A DNA stretch of 64,000 nucleotides from an uncultured Lishizhenia sp. (lineage in GTDB: Bacteria; Bacteroidota; Bacteroidia; Flavobacteriales_D; Crocinitomicaceae). Under the pieces are notes generated by a model that was not told where the DNA came from, made no database searches, and saw nothing but the letters and a program-made list of their open reading frames with translations. The position numbers were made by a program, and so were the translations under genes. The DNA lies in the NCBI GenBank assembly GCA_964636775.1, contig CAZWSY010000003.1, positions 17,259-81,258 of the forward strand, in the 5' to 3' direction. This document shows, piece after piece, positions 20,023 to 28,848 of the stretch (position 1 is its first letter; every line of letters starts with the position of its first letter).

Positions 20023-20343
20023 ATGAATGAAATAACTGTAAATATTATTGATAGAGAAGGTGTACAACATGAACTAGTTGGGCCAACGGATATGAACATG
20101 AACATCATGGAACTTTGCAAGGCTTATGAATTACCTGTGCTTGGAGAGTGTGGTGGAATGGCCATGTGTGCAACTTGTCAATGTTACCTTGAGTCTGATA
20201 CTGCTTTACCTGAACAAAGTGATGCAGAACTAGACATGCTCGATCAAGCTTTCCATGTAAAACCAAATAGTCGTTTGGGATGCCAAATTCATTTATCAGA
20301 AGAAATTAATGGCATTGTTTTAAGGCTGGCTCCTGAGGCTTAG
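20023..20343 (+). CDS. 2Fe-2S ferredoxin, adrenodoxin/putidaredoxin type
   Basis: CGGMAMCATCQC (C-x5-C-x2-C) plus the distal Cys in SRLGCQI. 106 aa. Confidence 0.85.
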   Translation: MNEITVNIIDREGVQHELVGPTDMNMNIMELCKAYELPVLGECGGMAMCATCQCYLESDTALPEQSDAELDMLDQAFHVKPNSRLGCQIHLSEEINGIVLRLAPEA

Positions 20344-20344
20344 T

Positions 20345-21082
20345 TTATTTACTCGACAGCGTCAAGCCGCCATCCATAATTATTTCGGTGCCCGTCATCC
20401 ATCGAGATAAATCAGACAATAGAAAAGCAATCATTCCAGCTACATCTTTAGGTTCACCCACACCCAGAGGATACCTATCAAGAAATTGATTAAAAACATC
20501 CGTTGTGTAAGCAGATGCTGTATCATCAAACATTTTTGTTTTTACCAATGCAGGAGAAACAACATTAGCTCGAATTTTTTTGGGAGCTAACTCAAGAGCT
20601 AAAGTTCGAGCGTAAGCAGTCAAAGCAGCCTTACTTGCACTGTACATTGCCCCTCCTTGGTAAGGATGATGAGCTGAAATTGAAGAGAGAAAAACCAAAG
20701 ACGCACTATTATTCAATTTACCTTTTTTTAAAAGAACGGAAACCAACTCAACAATACTTGAGAAATTCACATCGAACATGGAGCTTATGTGTTTGCTTTT
20801 TAAATGCTTTGTTGGAAAAGGCTCAATTTTTCCATTAGTAAAGACGACCCCATCAATTTGAGGTAAAGTATTTACAAAACTCTCATATTCAGAAGTAATA
20901 CATAAATCCAAAACTGAAATTTGAATATTATCTCGTTTTTTAGCAATTGATTTCAACTTTTCCTCACTTCTACTCGAAACAATAACTTCACCTTCGATAG
21001 ACAAACATGTTTCAACAACAGAATATCCAATTCCACCAGTTGCACCGAAGATTAGAATTCTTTTTCCCTTTAAGTTAATCAT
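20345..21082 (-). CDS. Short-chain dehydrogenase/reductase (FabG-like ketoreductase)
   Basis: IFGATGGIGYS Rossmann motif and the YSASKAAL catalytic Y-x3-K. Its start overlaps the upstream KASIII stop by 8 nt. Confidence 0.8.
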   Translation of the reverse strand: MINLKGKRILIFGATGGIGYSVVETCLSIEGEVIVSSRSEEKLKSIAKKRDNIQISVLDLCITSEYESFVNTLPQIDGVVFTNGKIEPFPTKHLKSKHISSMFDVNFSSIVELVSVLLKKGKLNNSASLVFLSSISAHHPYQGGAMYSASKAALTAYARTLALELAPKKIRANVVSPALVKTKMFDDTASAYTTDVFNQFLDRYPLGVGEPKDVAGMIAFLLSDLSRWMTGTEIIMDGGLTLSSK

Positions 21083-22139
21083 GCTCCAATAATTTTAAAG
21101 CTGGACGTGTCATTTCAAGTAACAAATTTGCCCAAGACAATCCTACGCCAAAACCTGACATTAAAATAGTTTTGGGTTTCGACCACTCTATTTCAGACAT
21201 CCTTGAACAGATTGTTAACGGTATGGAAGCAGAACTTGTATTCCCAAACTCATCAATAGAAATTGGAAATTTCGATGCTTCTAATTTCAACTTTTTACGA
21301 ATGCTCTCATTTATGAGTAAGTTCGCTTGGTGAAGTAAAAAATAATCCACATCACTCAACTCTTTTCGAGAGAAATCAAGCAATTCTCGAATAGAAGGCG
21401 TAACTTCCTTAAGTGCGAAATTGAAAACCTTCATGCCATCCAAAGCCAAATGCATTTTTGTTCGTTCAATTCCCTTATCAATTAATTCGTAAACTTCCTT
21501 TTTTTCTGGCTGATAAGGATACCTGGAATGACCTTCCTCGATTCGAATGGCATCCGCACCTGAACCATCAGAGTACATGTTAAAATACCAATTTCCGTTA
21601 TTTTCCACATCATCCAATTTTTGGATTAAGGTTGCCGTTCCAGCATCGCCAAAAAGGGGATAAGTGCTTTTATCCTTGTAAGAAGTAGAAATTGTTGACT
21701 TATCTCCAGCAAGTAAAAGCACATTTCTAATTCCTTCATTTTTGAGAAAGTTTGCCGCAATGGAAAGACCGTAAACATATCCGCTACAGCCCAAATTAAC
21801 ATCAAATGCCATTGCAGATTTCGTGATTCCTAAACGATTTTGTAAGACAATTGAAGTAGCAGGCAAGAAGTAATCTGGTGATTGCGAAACAAAAAGCACC
21901 AAATCAATTTTATCTCGAATTTGAAATTCATTCAATAACTCATCGGCAGCATTGAAACACAAGTCTGAACATGTAATCCCTTCTGTTGCAACACGACGCT
22001 CGATAATTCCGGTTGTTTTGGCAAACATTTTCCGCTCTTCCACAGAAATCCATTCATAGTCCTCCGTTCTTAACTTGTTCTTGGGAACACAAGAATAAAT
22101 CGCAGAGATTTTATATCTGTCAGTTTGAAATTTAGCCAA
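21075..22139 (-). CDS. 3-oxoacyl-ACP synthase III (FabH/KASIII)-like condensing enzyme
   Basis: Cys-His-Asn triad contexts NLGCSGYVYG, LLHQANLLI and FGNTSSASIP. 354 aa. Confidence 0.8.
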   Translation of the reverse strand: MAKFQTDRYKISAIYSCVPKNKLRTEDYEWISVEERKMFAKTTGIIERRVATEGITCSDLCFNAADELLNEFQIRDKIDLVLFVSQSPDYFLPATSIVLQNRLGITKSAMAFDVNLGCSGYVYGLSIAANFLKNEGIRNVLLLAGDKSTISTSYKDKSTYPLFGDAGTATLIQKLDDVENNGNWYFNMYSDGSGADAIRIEEGHSRYPYQPEKKEVYELIDKGIERTKMHLALDGMKVFNFALKEVTPSIRELLDFSRKELSDVDYFLLHQANLLINESIRKKLKLEASKFPISIDEFGNTSSASIPLTICSRMSEIEWSKPKTILMSGFGVGLSWANLLLEMTRPALKLLEHD

Positions 22140-22371
22140 GGTTCAATTTAGTTTGAATTAAATCATACAATTCTTGAATCGTTTGAACACTACGTAAATC
22201 CTCACCATTCAACAAAATCTCAAAATGATTGTCAACAAGCGCAATTATTAAAAGAGCATGCATACTGCTCCAACCATCCATATCCCTTATTGAAAAATCA
22301 GGAGTCAATGAACCATTTTGTACTTCTTCAAATTCATTTTCAATTGCTTCTATAAATTCTCCAATCTCCAT
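22132..22371 (-). CDS. Acyl carrier protein-like (phosphopantetheine attachment) protein
   Basis: About 79 aa from the ATG at 22371 (the track starts at a TTG at 22416). Acidic four-helix pattern with RDMDGWSSMHALLII at the expected Ser attachment site. Sits between the two KASIII genes. Confidence 0.6.
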   Translation of the reverse strand: MEIGEFIEAIENEFEEVQNGSLTPDFSIRDMDGWSSMHALLIIALVDNHFEILLNGEDLRSVQTIQELYDLIQTKLNLG

Positions 22372-22416
22372 TTTTGTAAATTTTAATGTGAATGTAATCA
22401 ATGTTATTGAAACCAA

Positions 22417-23403
22417 TCACCATTCAATCACTGTCCCACCCCAAGTAAAACCAATTCCGAAAGCAATGAGTAAGATTTTGTCACCTTCTTTTAAACGGTT
22501 TTGCTGGACTGCTGCATGAATTGCAATTGGAATAGAACAAGAAACTGTATTACCAACGGTCTCGTAGTATTCGAAATATTTCTCTTCGGGAATTTTACAT
22601 TTTTTCTTTAGCGCATCCAGAATTTGTTTGCCTGCTTGATGAAAAATAACCAAGTCGATTTCATTCATCGTCAACTGATTGGCAAGTAAAACTTCATCTA
22701 CAAGGGTCGGAACCCTTTCCAGTGCGAAACGAAAAACCTCGAGACCATCCATTATCAATTTCCCTCGATTTAAATTATTGTCCTCGTTAACATTCTCCTC
22801 CAGCCAATTTTGGTCAATGGGATTTTTCACTCCTCCTCTTTCAACATAAAGATACTTCATTCCATTTCCATCTGTTCCGAACACAAAATTTCCAATTTTT
22901 AATCCTTCAGAACGACTCATTAGAACCGCGACACCTGCGTCTCCAAAAATGGCATTTAATTCTAAGTTGTCTTTAGGAATCGAGGTGCTTGGTACTTCTC
23001 CCATTAAAAAAAGAATGTTTGAAGCAACTCCAGTGCAAAAAAAACCTTTAATCAGACTAAGACCATAAATAAATCCAGTGCAACCCGACGGAATATCTAA
23101 TGTACCACAATTTAGAGGAAGATTTAACTTTTGATGTATTTGCGAAGAAGTTGTTGGAGAAACGTAATCGAGACCAAGGGAGCAATAAATCAAAAAATCA
23201 ATTTCAGAAAACTCACCCTCACTAATTAATTCATAAGCTGCTCTTTCAGCCAAATCAGAACCTGTTTGAAAAATTTCACATCGACTTCTTGAAGAAACAC
23301 CAAACAATTTTTTTAAAGCGCTTTGAAAAATCGTTTTATTCTCGTGAATCAATTCATTATTATCTAATTTTTTAGTTGGAAGAAAAATAGAAATTTCGAA
23401 CAT
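22417..23403 (-). CDS. Second KASIII (FabH)-like condensing enzyme
   Basis: Triad contexts IPSGCTGFIYG, IFHQAGKQI and VGNTVSCSIP, with the FGIGFTWGG C-terminus. 328 aa. Confidence 0.75.
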   Translation of the reverse strand: MFEISIFLPTKKLDNNELIHENKTIFQSALKKLFGVSSRSRCEIFQTGSDLAERAAYELISEGEFSEIDFLIYCSLGLDYVSPTTSSQIHQKLNLPLNCGTLDIPSGCTGFIYGLSLIKGFFCTGVASNILFLMGEVPSTSIPKDNLELNAIFGDAGVAVLMSRSEGLKIGNFVFGTDGNGMKYLYVERGGVKNPIDQNWLEENVNEDNNLNRGKLIMDGLEVFRFALERVPTLVDEVLLANQLTMNEIDLVIFHQAGKQILDALKKKCKIPEEKYFEYYETVGNTVSCSIPIAIHAAVQQNRLKEGDKILLIAFGIGFTWGGTVIEW

Positions 23404-23520
23404 TAAGAAAAGAATTGAACTTTTAAGACCTCGAATATAACCTAATTTGCACTTTTAACGTTTATTCACGCATTCGGCAACTTTTTAGTAAATTGGTCGT
23501 CAAAATACAAAACTCACTGC

Positions 23521-23838
23521 ATGAAAACTATATTTTTAATCATCTCAACCTTTCTAACTACCCTGACTTTCAGTCAAATACAAATTCAACCCAAGCCACA
23601 CACACAGATTCATCCAAATAATTTTCCAGAAAACATAAATAATGGAGTTTACTATCATTCCTACGTGATTTACCCTGAGAAATTGAAAACTTACTTTGTT
23701 TCAGGTGAAATTCCTGCTGATTTCCCTAAATACGACAAAAATCTGACCATGGCTGAAAATCGAATAATAGCCAAAGAATGGGGTAAATTAAACAAACAAT
23801 TGATAAAAGAACAATTCTGGTACTTACTAGAAGACTAA
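23521..23838 (+). CDS. Small secreted hypothetical protein
   Basis: 105 aa with signal peptide MKTIFLIISTFLTTLTFSQ. Lies 17 nt upstream of the large surface-protein gene. No family recognised. Confidence 0.45.
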   Translation: MKTIFLIISTFLTTLTFSQIQIQPKPHTQIHPNNFPENINNGVYYHSYVIYPEKLKTYFVSGEIPADFPKYDKNLTMAENRIIAKEWGKLNKQLIKEQFWYLLED

Positions 23839-23855
23839 CTTAACCTAGTTAAACC

Positions 23856-26800
23856 ATGTATAAATTTCTTTCCTCATTGGTAATTCTCTTTATCTATATC
23901 GGGATTTACGGTCAATGTAATCAAGCATCTCCTTTTTGTACCGACGTTAACAATTACACATTTCCCAATTCAACAGATGTTGCTAATCTAGGATCTGTAG
24001 ATTGCCTCGGCTCTACCCCTAACCCTGCTTGGTATCACATGCAAATTGATCAAGCAGGTACAATGGACTTTACAATTTCTCAAAATACAACATCAGGAAC
24101 GCCAATTGATGTAGATTTTATTATTTGGGGTCCTTTTAGTTCTTTAGCAGATGCTTGTACTGGTGCTAATCCTTTTCCAAGTGGATCTGTTGTAGATTGT
24201 AGTTATTCATCAGATGCAGTAGAACAAGCAGTAATTCCTAATGCACAACCAGGTCAAGTTTATGTTGTACTAATAACTAACTTCTCGAATCAAGCTGGAA
24301 ACATCTCCTTTACCCAAAACACCCAAACCAGCGGAAGCGGTTCTGCAGATTGTTCATTTGTTTGTGGTGTAACAGGCTTTACTGCTGTACCTACAGCTTG
24401 TTCCAATAATCAATATACTTTGAATGGTACATTAAATATCACCAATCCTCCCACATCTGGTACTTTGGTCATACAAAGTAGTTGTGGAGGCAGTCAAACT
24501 TTTAATGCACCTTTTCCAACAACCATAAACTATTCATTACCCAATTTAACCGCTGATGGTGCAACATGTGGAGTCACCACCACCTTCTCAGCCAATTCCC
24601 AATGTAATTCCATTGAAACGTACTCAGCTCCAGAACCTTGTAACAATCAAAACAACTGTTCGGTGGTAATAACAGCCACACCTGGTCAATGCGCACCAGC
24701 CACAAACACGTTTCCTTTATCTGGAACCCTAACTTTAACCAATCCTCCAACAACAGGAACATTAACTGTCACAAGTTCTTGTGGGGGAACTCAAACGTTT
24801 AATGCTCCGTTTACTAGTTCTTTAAACTACAATTTGACAGGATTGACAGCGAATGGTTCTAATTGTACTGTAACTGCAAGTTTTTCTGCTATTACTTGCA
24901 CCGGAACTCAAAATTTTAGTGCTCCTGCCTCTTGTGGTTGTACTATTTCAAACTTAACAGCAATACCAACTGCTTGTGCAAATGACCTATATAATGTTTC
25001 AGGGGCTATTACTTTTTCAACTCCACCTGCAACTGGACAACTAACTGTAACAACCTCTTGTGGGGGAATACAAACGTTTAATGCTCCCTTCACCTCACCA
25101 CTAAATTACAATCTTACAGGTTTAAATGCCAACGGTGCACAATGTACAGTTACAGCAACTTTCTCTGCGAATACTTCTTGTACACGAACTTCTAACTATA
25201 ACGCTCCTGCTGCTTGTTTAAACCCTCCTTGCGTAACATCGCCTTTCTGTTCGAACCAAGGAACAACAACTTTTCCTGCAGGAACTAATCAAACGGCTGC
25301 AAGTGTAACTTACCCTGGAAATAATTACGGTTGTCTAGGTTCCTCTCCTAATCCTCAATGGTATTACATGCAAATTGATAATGGAGGTAATATGACAATC
25401 AACATGAATAACTCTGCAGGTGTAGATATCGATTACATTCTCTATGGTCCATATCCAAGTTACACAAATGCTATGACTTATTGTAATAATTTTGGTACTG
25501 CTGGTTCTGGATCTAGTGTTAATGGTATTGTTGATTGTAGCTTTAGTTCAGCGGCCACAGAATCTGCTTCTATCAACAATGCTACTCCTGGTTCGGTTTA
25601 TATTCTACTTATCACGAACTTTTCAAACTCACCAACAAACATTTCCTTTTCGAGTAGTGGAACAGCAACAACAGATTGTTCTATTTTGTCATGTAATGTG
25701 ACTGGCGTTACAGCCACTCCAACAGCTTGTGTTTCTGCAACAAATACATATTCCGTAAATGGTTCCGTATCTTTTAGTTCACCTCCTAACAGCGGAACAT
25801 TAACGCTAACTAGCAGTTGTGGAGCGACCCAAACATTTAATGCTCCGTTTGGTACAGGGGTTAATTATACTTTAAGTAATTTACCGTCTAATGGAGCGAG
25901 TTGTTCGATAACAGCTGCTTTTTCTGCAGCTCCAGCTTGTAGTTTAGTTGTAAATTATTTAGCGCCAGCGGATTGCAGTTGTAGTGCTGTCGTTGGAACA
26001 TATAACTCCAATATTCTCGGCAACTCTACAAGTCCTGTTAGACTTTGTTTCGGTGACACATTGAATATTACCTCCAATAATAACTGGACACCACCAGCTG
26101 AAATTGTTGGAGCAACCACCCCTGGTCATCCTAATTATGACCCCAATGCACCAACATATAACCCTGGAATAGTTTGGTTAGTTTATGGTTGTCCTCCAAC
26201 CGTAGCCTTAACTCCAGCACAATCAGCTCAGTCTGGTTTGGATGTAAACGATGATCCTTGTTTAATCGGTATAGTTGGTGGAACACCAAACCTTTCTGAC
26301 ATAAATGATACAAGTCTAATAAATGCTTTACCTCCAGGGAGTATTACAAATAATACTTTATACTTTGTTCCTCTGACCATGTATAGTATTGTTGATGGTA
26401 TTTATAGTTATGTTATAGAACCAAACAACGACTGTTATGAATTAGGAACACCTATTGTAGTACAATACTTAAACCCTATCAATGCTGCTACATCAAGCAA
26501 TTGTGCTAACGGAACAGCTTCCTTGGTTATGAATGGCGGTTCCCCTCAAAGTAACGGAGGGAATTATAACTATGTAGCTGGAACTTTAATACCAACTTCG
26601 GCAACTATGCTAAACACTACTGTTGGACAAGGAGGAACTTTGGTTATTGGAAATCTTCAAACTGGAAATTACAGTTTAACTATTCAAGACGACAATGGTT
26701 GTATCAATAATGTTAATGGATTCTATTTAGGTCCACAAAGTGCAAATCTTACATATCCTGATAATATCTATTGTTTAGACGAGGGAAATCCAGCTCCAAT

Positions 26801-27494
26801 AATGATTGGAGACCAAGGAGGAACTTATACAAGTGGAACAGGTCTTTCATTAAATGCAACAACAGGTGTAATTACCTTATCCACTTCTACTCCTGGAGCT
26901 TACGCCGTAACTTATACTTCACCTGGTCCCAATTGCCCTGCAACCTCAACATTCAATCTCACCATTGAGGCATTTCCAAATGTTAGTGCTGGAAATGATA
27001 CCACCATTTGTCTTGGAGTACCAATTACATTAAGTGGTTCAGGAGCGGCTAGTTATTCTTGGAATAATGGTGCTCAAAACGGCGTACCTTATTTACCAAA
27101 TTTAGGACTCAATGAGTTCATAATGATTGGAACATCTGTAAACGGCTGCCAGTCAATCGATACAATTCAGGTTATTGTTGTTGATGACTGTAATATACCT
27201 GAGGATGTAGTTTTTTGGGTCCCAAATACATTTACGCCGGATGGGGATCAATACAACCAAACTTTTAAACCAATTTTCTATAGTGGTTTCGATCCTTATG
27301 CGTTTGATTTATTTATTTTTAATAGATGGGGAGAATTAATTTGGGAAAGCCATGATGTTAACGTAGGATGGGATGGATCCTACAATGATGGCATGAAGTG
27401 TCCCGATGGTGGTTACACTTGGAAAATACGATTCAAATTATTGAATAACGACGAAAAAAGAACAGTAGTCGGACATTTAAACTTACTTCGATAA
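23856..27494 (+). CDS. Large T9SS cargo / cell-surface protein with a type-B (gliding-motility-associated) C-terminal domain, 1212 aa
   Basis: Signal peptide. C-terminal FWVPNTFTPDGDQYNQTFKP...FNRWGELIWES...GWDGSY...GGYTWKIRFK is the type-B CTD signature. Internal Cys-framed repeats. Confidence 0.85.
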   Translation: MYKFLSSLVILFIYIGIYGQCNQASPFCTDVNNYTFPNSTDVANLGSVDCLGSTPNPAWYHMQIDQAGTMDFTISQNTTSGTPIDVDFIIWGPFSSLADACTGANPFPSGSVVDCSYSSDAVEQAVIPNAQPGQVYVVLITNFSNQAGNISFTQNTQTSGSGSADCSFVCGVTGFTAVPTACSNNQYTLNGTLNITNPPTSGTLVIQSSCGGSQTFNAPFPTTINYSLPNLTADGATCGVTTTFSANSQCNSIETYSAPEPCNNQNNCSVVITATPGQCAPATNTFPLSGTLTLTNPPTTGTLTVTSSCGGTQTFNAPFTSSLNYNLTGLTANGSNCTVTASFSAITCTGTQNFSAPASCGCTISNLTAIPTACANDLYNVSGAITFSTPPATGQLTVTTSCGGIQTFNAPFTSPLNYNLTGLNANGAQCTVTATFSANTSCTRTSNYNAPAACLNPPCVTSPFCSNQGTTTFPAGTNQTAASVTYPGNNYGCLGSSPNPQWYYMQIDNGGNMTINMNNSAGVDIDYILYGPYPSYTNAMTYCNNFGTAGSGSSVNGIVDCSFSSAATESASINNATPGSVYILLITNFSNSPTNISFSSSGTATTDCSILSCNVTGVTATPTACVSATNTYSVNGSVSFSSPPNSGTLTLTSSCGATQTFNAPFGTGVNYTLSNLPSNGASCSITAAFSAAPACSLVVNYLAPADCSCSAVVGTYNSNILGNSTSPVRLCFGDTLNITSNNNWTPPAEIVGATTPGHPNYDPNAPTYNPGIVWLVYGCPPTVALTPAQSAQSGLDVNDDPCLIGIVGGTPNLSDINDTSLINALPPGSITNNTLYFVPLTMYSIVDGIYSYVIEPNNDCYELGTPIVVQYLNPINAATSSNCANGTASLVMNGGSPQSNGGNYNYVAGTLIPTSATMLNTTVGQGGTLVIGNLQTGNYSLTIQDDNGCINNVNGFYLGPQSANLTYPDNIYCLDEGNPAPIMIGDQGGTYTSGTGLSLNATTGVITLSTSTPGAYAVTYTSPGPNCPATSTFNLTIEAFPNVSAGNDTTICLGVPITLSGSGAASYSWNNGAQNGVPYLPNLGLNEFIMIGTSVNGCQSIDTIQVIVVDDCNIPEDVVFWVPNTFTPDGDQYNQTFKPIFYSGFDPYAFDLFIFNRWGELIWESHDVNVGWDGSYNDGMKCPDGGYTWKIRFKLLNNDEKRTVVGHLNLLR
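24362..25975 (+). repeat. Four copies of a roughly 93-aa Cys-framed coding repeat inside the 1212-aa protein
   Basis: Copies at about 24362-24650, 24658-24935, 24936-25215 and 25692-25975. Each has the form T(A/P)TAC...G(T/A)(L/I)T..(T/S)PP.(S/T)G(T/Q)L(T/V)..(S/T)SCGG.QTFNAPF....NY.L..L.A(N/D)G..C.(V/I)T..FSA. The fourth copy is separated by a second copy of the N-terminal module. Confidence 0.7.
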
Positions 27495-27499
27495 AATTC

Positions 27500-27533
27500 A
27501 AAAAAGGGCTTTCAAATTTGAAAGCCCTTTTTT
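27500..27533. terminator. Bidirectional rho-independent terminator between the surface-protein gene and msrA
   Basis: Perfect palindrome AAAAAAGGGCTTTCAAA/TTTGAAAGCCCTTTTTT, with an A-run on one side and a T-run on the other. Sits between convergent genes. Confidence 0.8.
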
Positions 27534-27535
27534 AA

Positions 27536-28060
27536 TTACTTCAATAACTCGGTAAAAACCTTTTTGAACTTTTCTACTTTTGGTCTGACAACAAATTGGC
27601 AATACTGATTTTGAGGATTATCGTTAAAGTAGTTATGGTGGTAATCTTCTGCTGAATAAAAAGTAGTCGCAGGTTCGATTGAAGTAACAATCGGATTCTC
27701 CCAAACTCTTTCATTATCAAGTGCAGTTTTCGATTTTTCTGCTAATTCTTTTTGTTCGATGTCATGGAAAAAGATTACAGACCGATATTGAGTTCCAATA
27801 TCATTACCTTGTCGATTTAATTGAGTTGGATCGTGAACAAACCAAAACAATTCTAGAAGTTTCGAATAACTAATTTCATTCTCATCAAATTCAATTTGCG
27901 CCACTTCTACATGGTTAGTTTTTCCCGTACAAACCTCTTCATAGGTCGGATTCACTATTTCTCCACCCATGTAACCAGGTTTCACTGAAATTACACCCTT
28001 CAAATCCCTAAAACATGCATCAATGCACCAAAAGCATCCTGCACCAAAAGTTGCTGTCAT
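27536..28060 (-). CDS. msrA: Peptide-methionine (S)-S-oxide reductase MsrA
   Basis: TATFGAGCFWC active-site motif, HDPTQLNRQGNDIGTQYRS and AEDYHHNYF. Confidence 0.9.
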   Translation of the reverse strand: MTATFGAGCFWCIDACFRDLKGVISVKPGYMGGEIVNPTYEEVCTGKTNHVEVAQIEFDENEISYSKLLELFWFVHDPTQLNRQGNDIGTQYRSVIFFHDIEQKELAEKSKTALDNERVWENPIVTSIEPATTFYSAEDYHHNYFNDNPQNQYCQFVVRPKVEKFKKVFTELLK

Positions 28061-28062
28061 AA

Positions 28063-28848
28063 TTAATTATTTTTTTTTATGTTAATGCTCGACCTTACAT
28101 CATCTGTTATTATGGCAAAAGGTCTTTTTTCTAAAGATTTCTTGATTGTTTTTGCTGATTTCATTTCAGAAAGAACAGTCAACTTTCCTTTATTGTTCCA
28201 ATATTGAATCCAATCAGTAGTGACCAACTTTGTATTAACACACCAACCATTTACTTTTCCTTCCAATAGTGAAAGTTCATTCCCGAAATTGGAGGAGATA
28301 TCAAAAATCACCTTAAAATCAGTTCTTAATTCATTCAGCCAAACCTCGTTAGAAATAATTAAGTACGTTTTCTCTCTAAAATGTATACCTAAAGTAAGAA
28401 GAGCATTCTTAAATTGGACAATAGAAATGGATTTACAAGGGTTCCAATGTTTAACATCTATGAACAGATAATCGGAGGTATCTATTTGTTCTATTAAATC
28501 GCTTAATCGGGTTAAACTGTGAGAACCAAATCCCTTATAATTGATTTTTGCTAACTCAGTAAAGCTCTTCGTTTCAATACATCCTTCTCCATTAGTAGAA
28601 TTATCCAAAAGTTCATCATGAAAACACCAAAGTAAACCATCGTTGTCCATCCTAACATCGCATTCTATTCCGTTAGCTCCGAGTAATAATGCAGAACTAA
28701 AAGCACTAAACGAATTTGGAGGAAAAATAGAATTTGGTACATCTAATCCCATTCCAGCGTGACCAATTACTAAAGAGGGAAACTTTTCCTTCCCTTTAGA
28801 GCAGGAAAAACAACCAATTAAAAAGAAGAGAATTAATCTAGAAAACAT
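28063..28848 (-). CDS. Glycerophosphodiester phosphodiesterase (GDPD) family protein
   Basis: Signal/lipobox-like LIGCFSC. VIGHAGMG and GIECDVRMDNDGLLWCFHD match the GDPD H..G and E.D....D....HD motifs. Confidence 0.7.
   Translation of the reverse strand: MFSRLILFFLIGCFSCSKGKEKFPSLVIGHAGMGLDVPNSIFPPNSFSAFSSALLLGANGIECDVRMDNDGLLWCFHDELLDNSTNGEGCIETKSFTELAKINYKGFGSHSLTRLSDLIEQIDTSDYLFIDVKHWNPCKSISIVQFKNALLTLGIHFREKTYLIISNEVWLNELRTDFKVIFDISSNFGNELSLLEGKVNGWCVNTKLVTTDWIQYWNNKGKLTVLSEMKSAKTIKKSLEKRPFAIITDDVRSSINIKKNN

Noticed and set aside
24362-25975. Periodic DNA repeats that could be mistaken for a CRISPR or satellite array
   Set aside because: The repeats are about 280 nt long, in frame, diverged mainly at synonymous or conservative positions, and lie inside a continuous 3.6-kb ORF. 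They are coding domain repeats.
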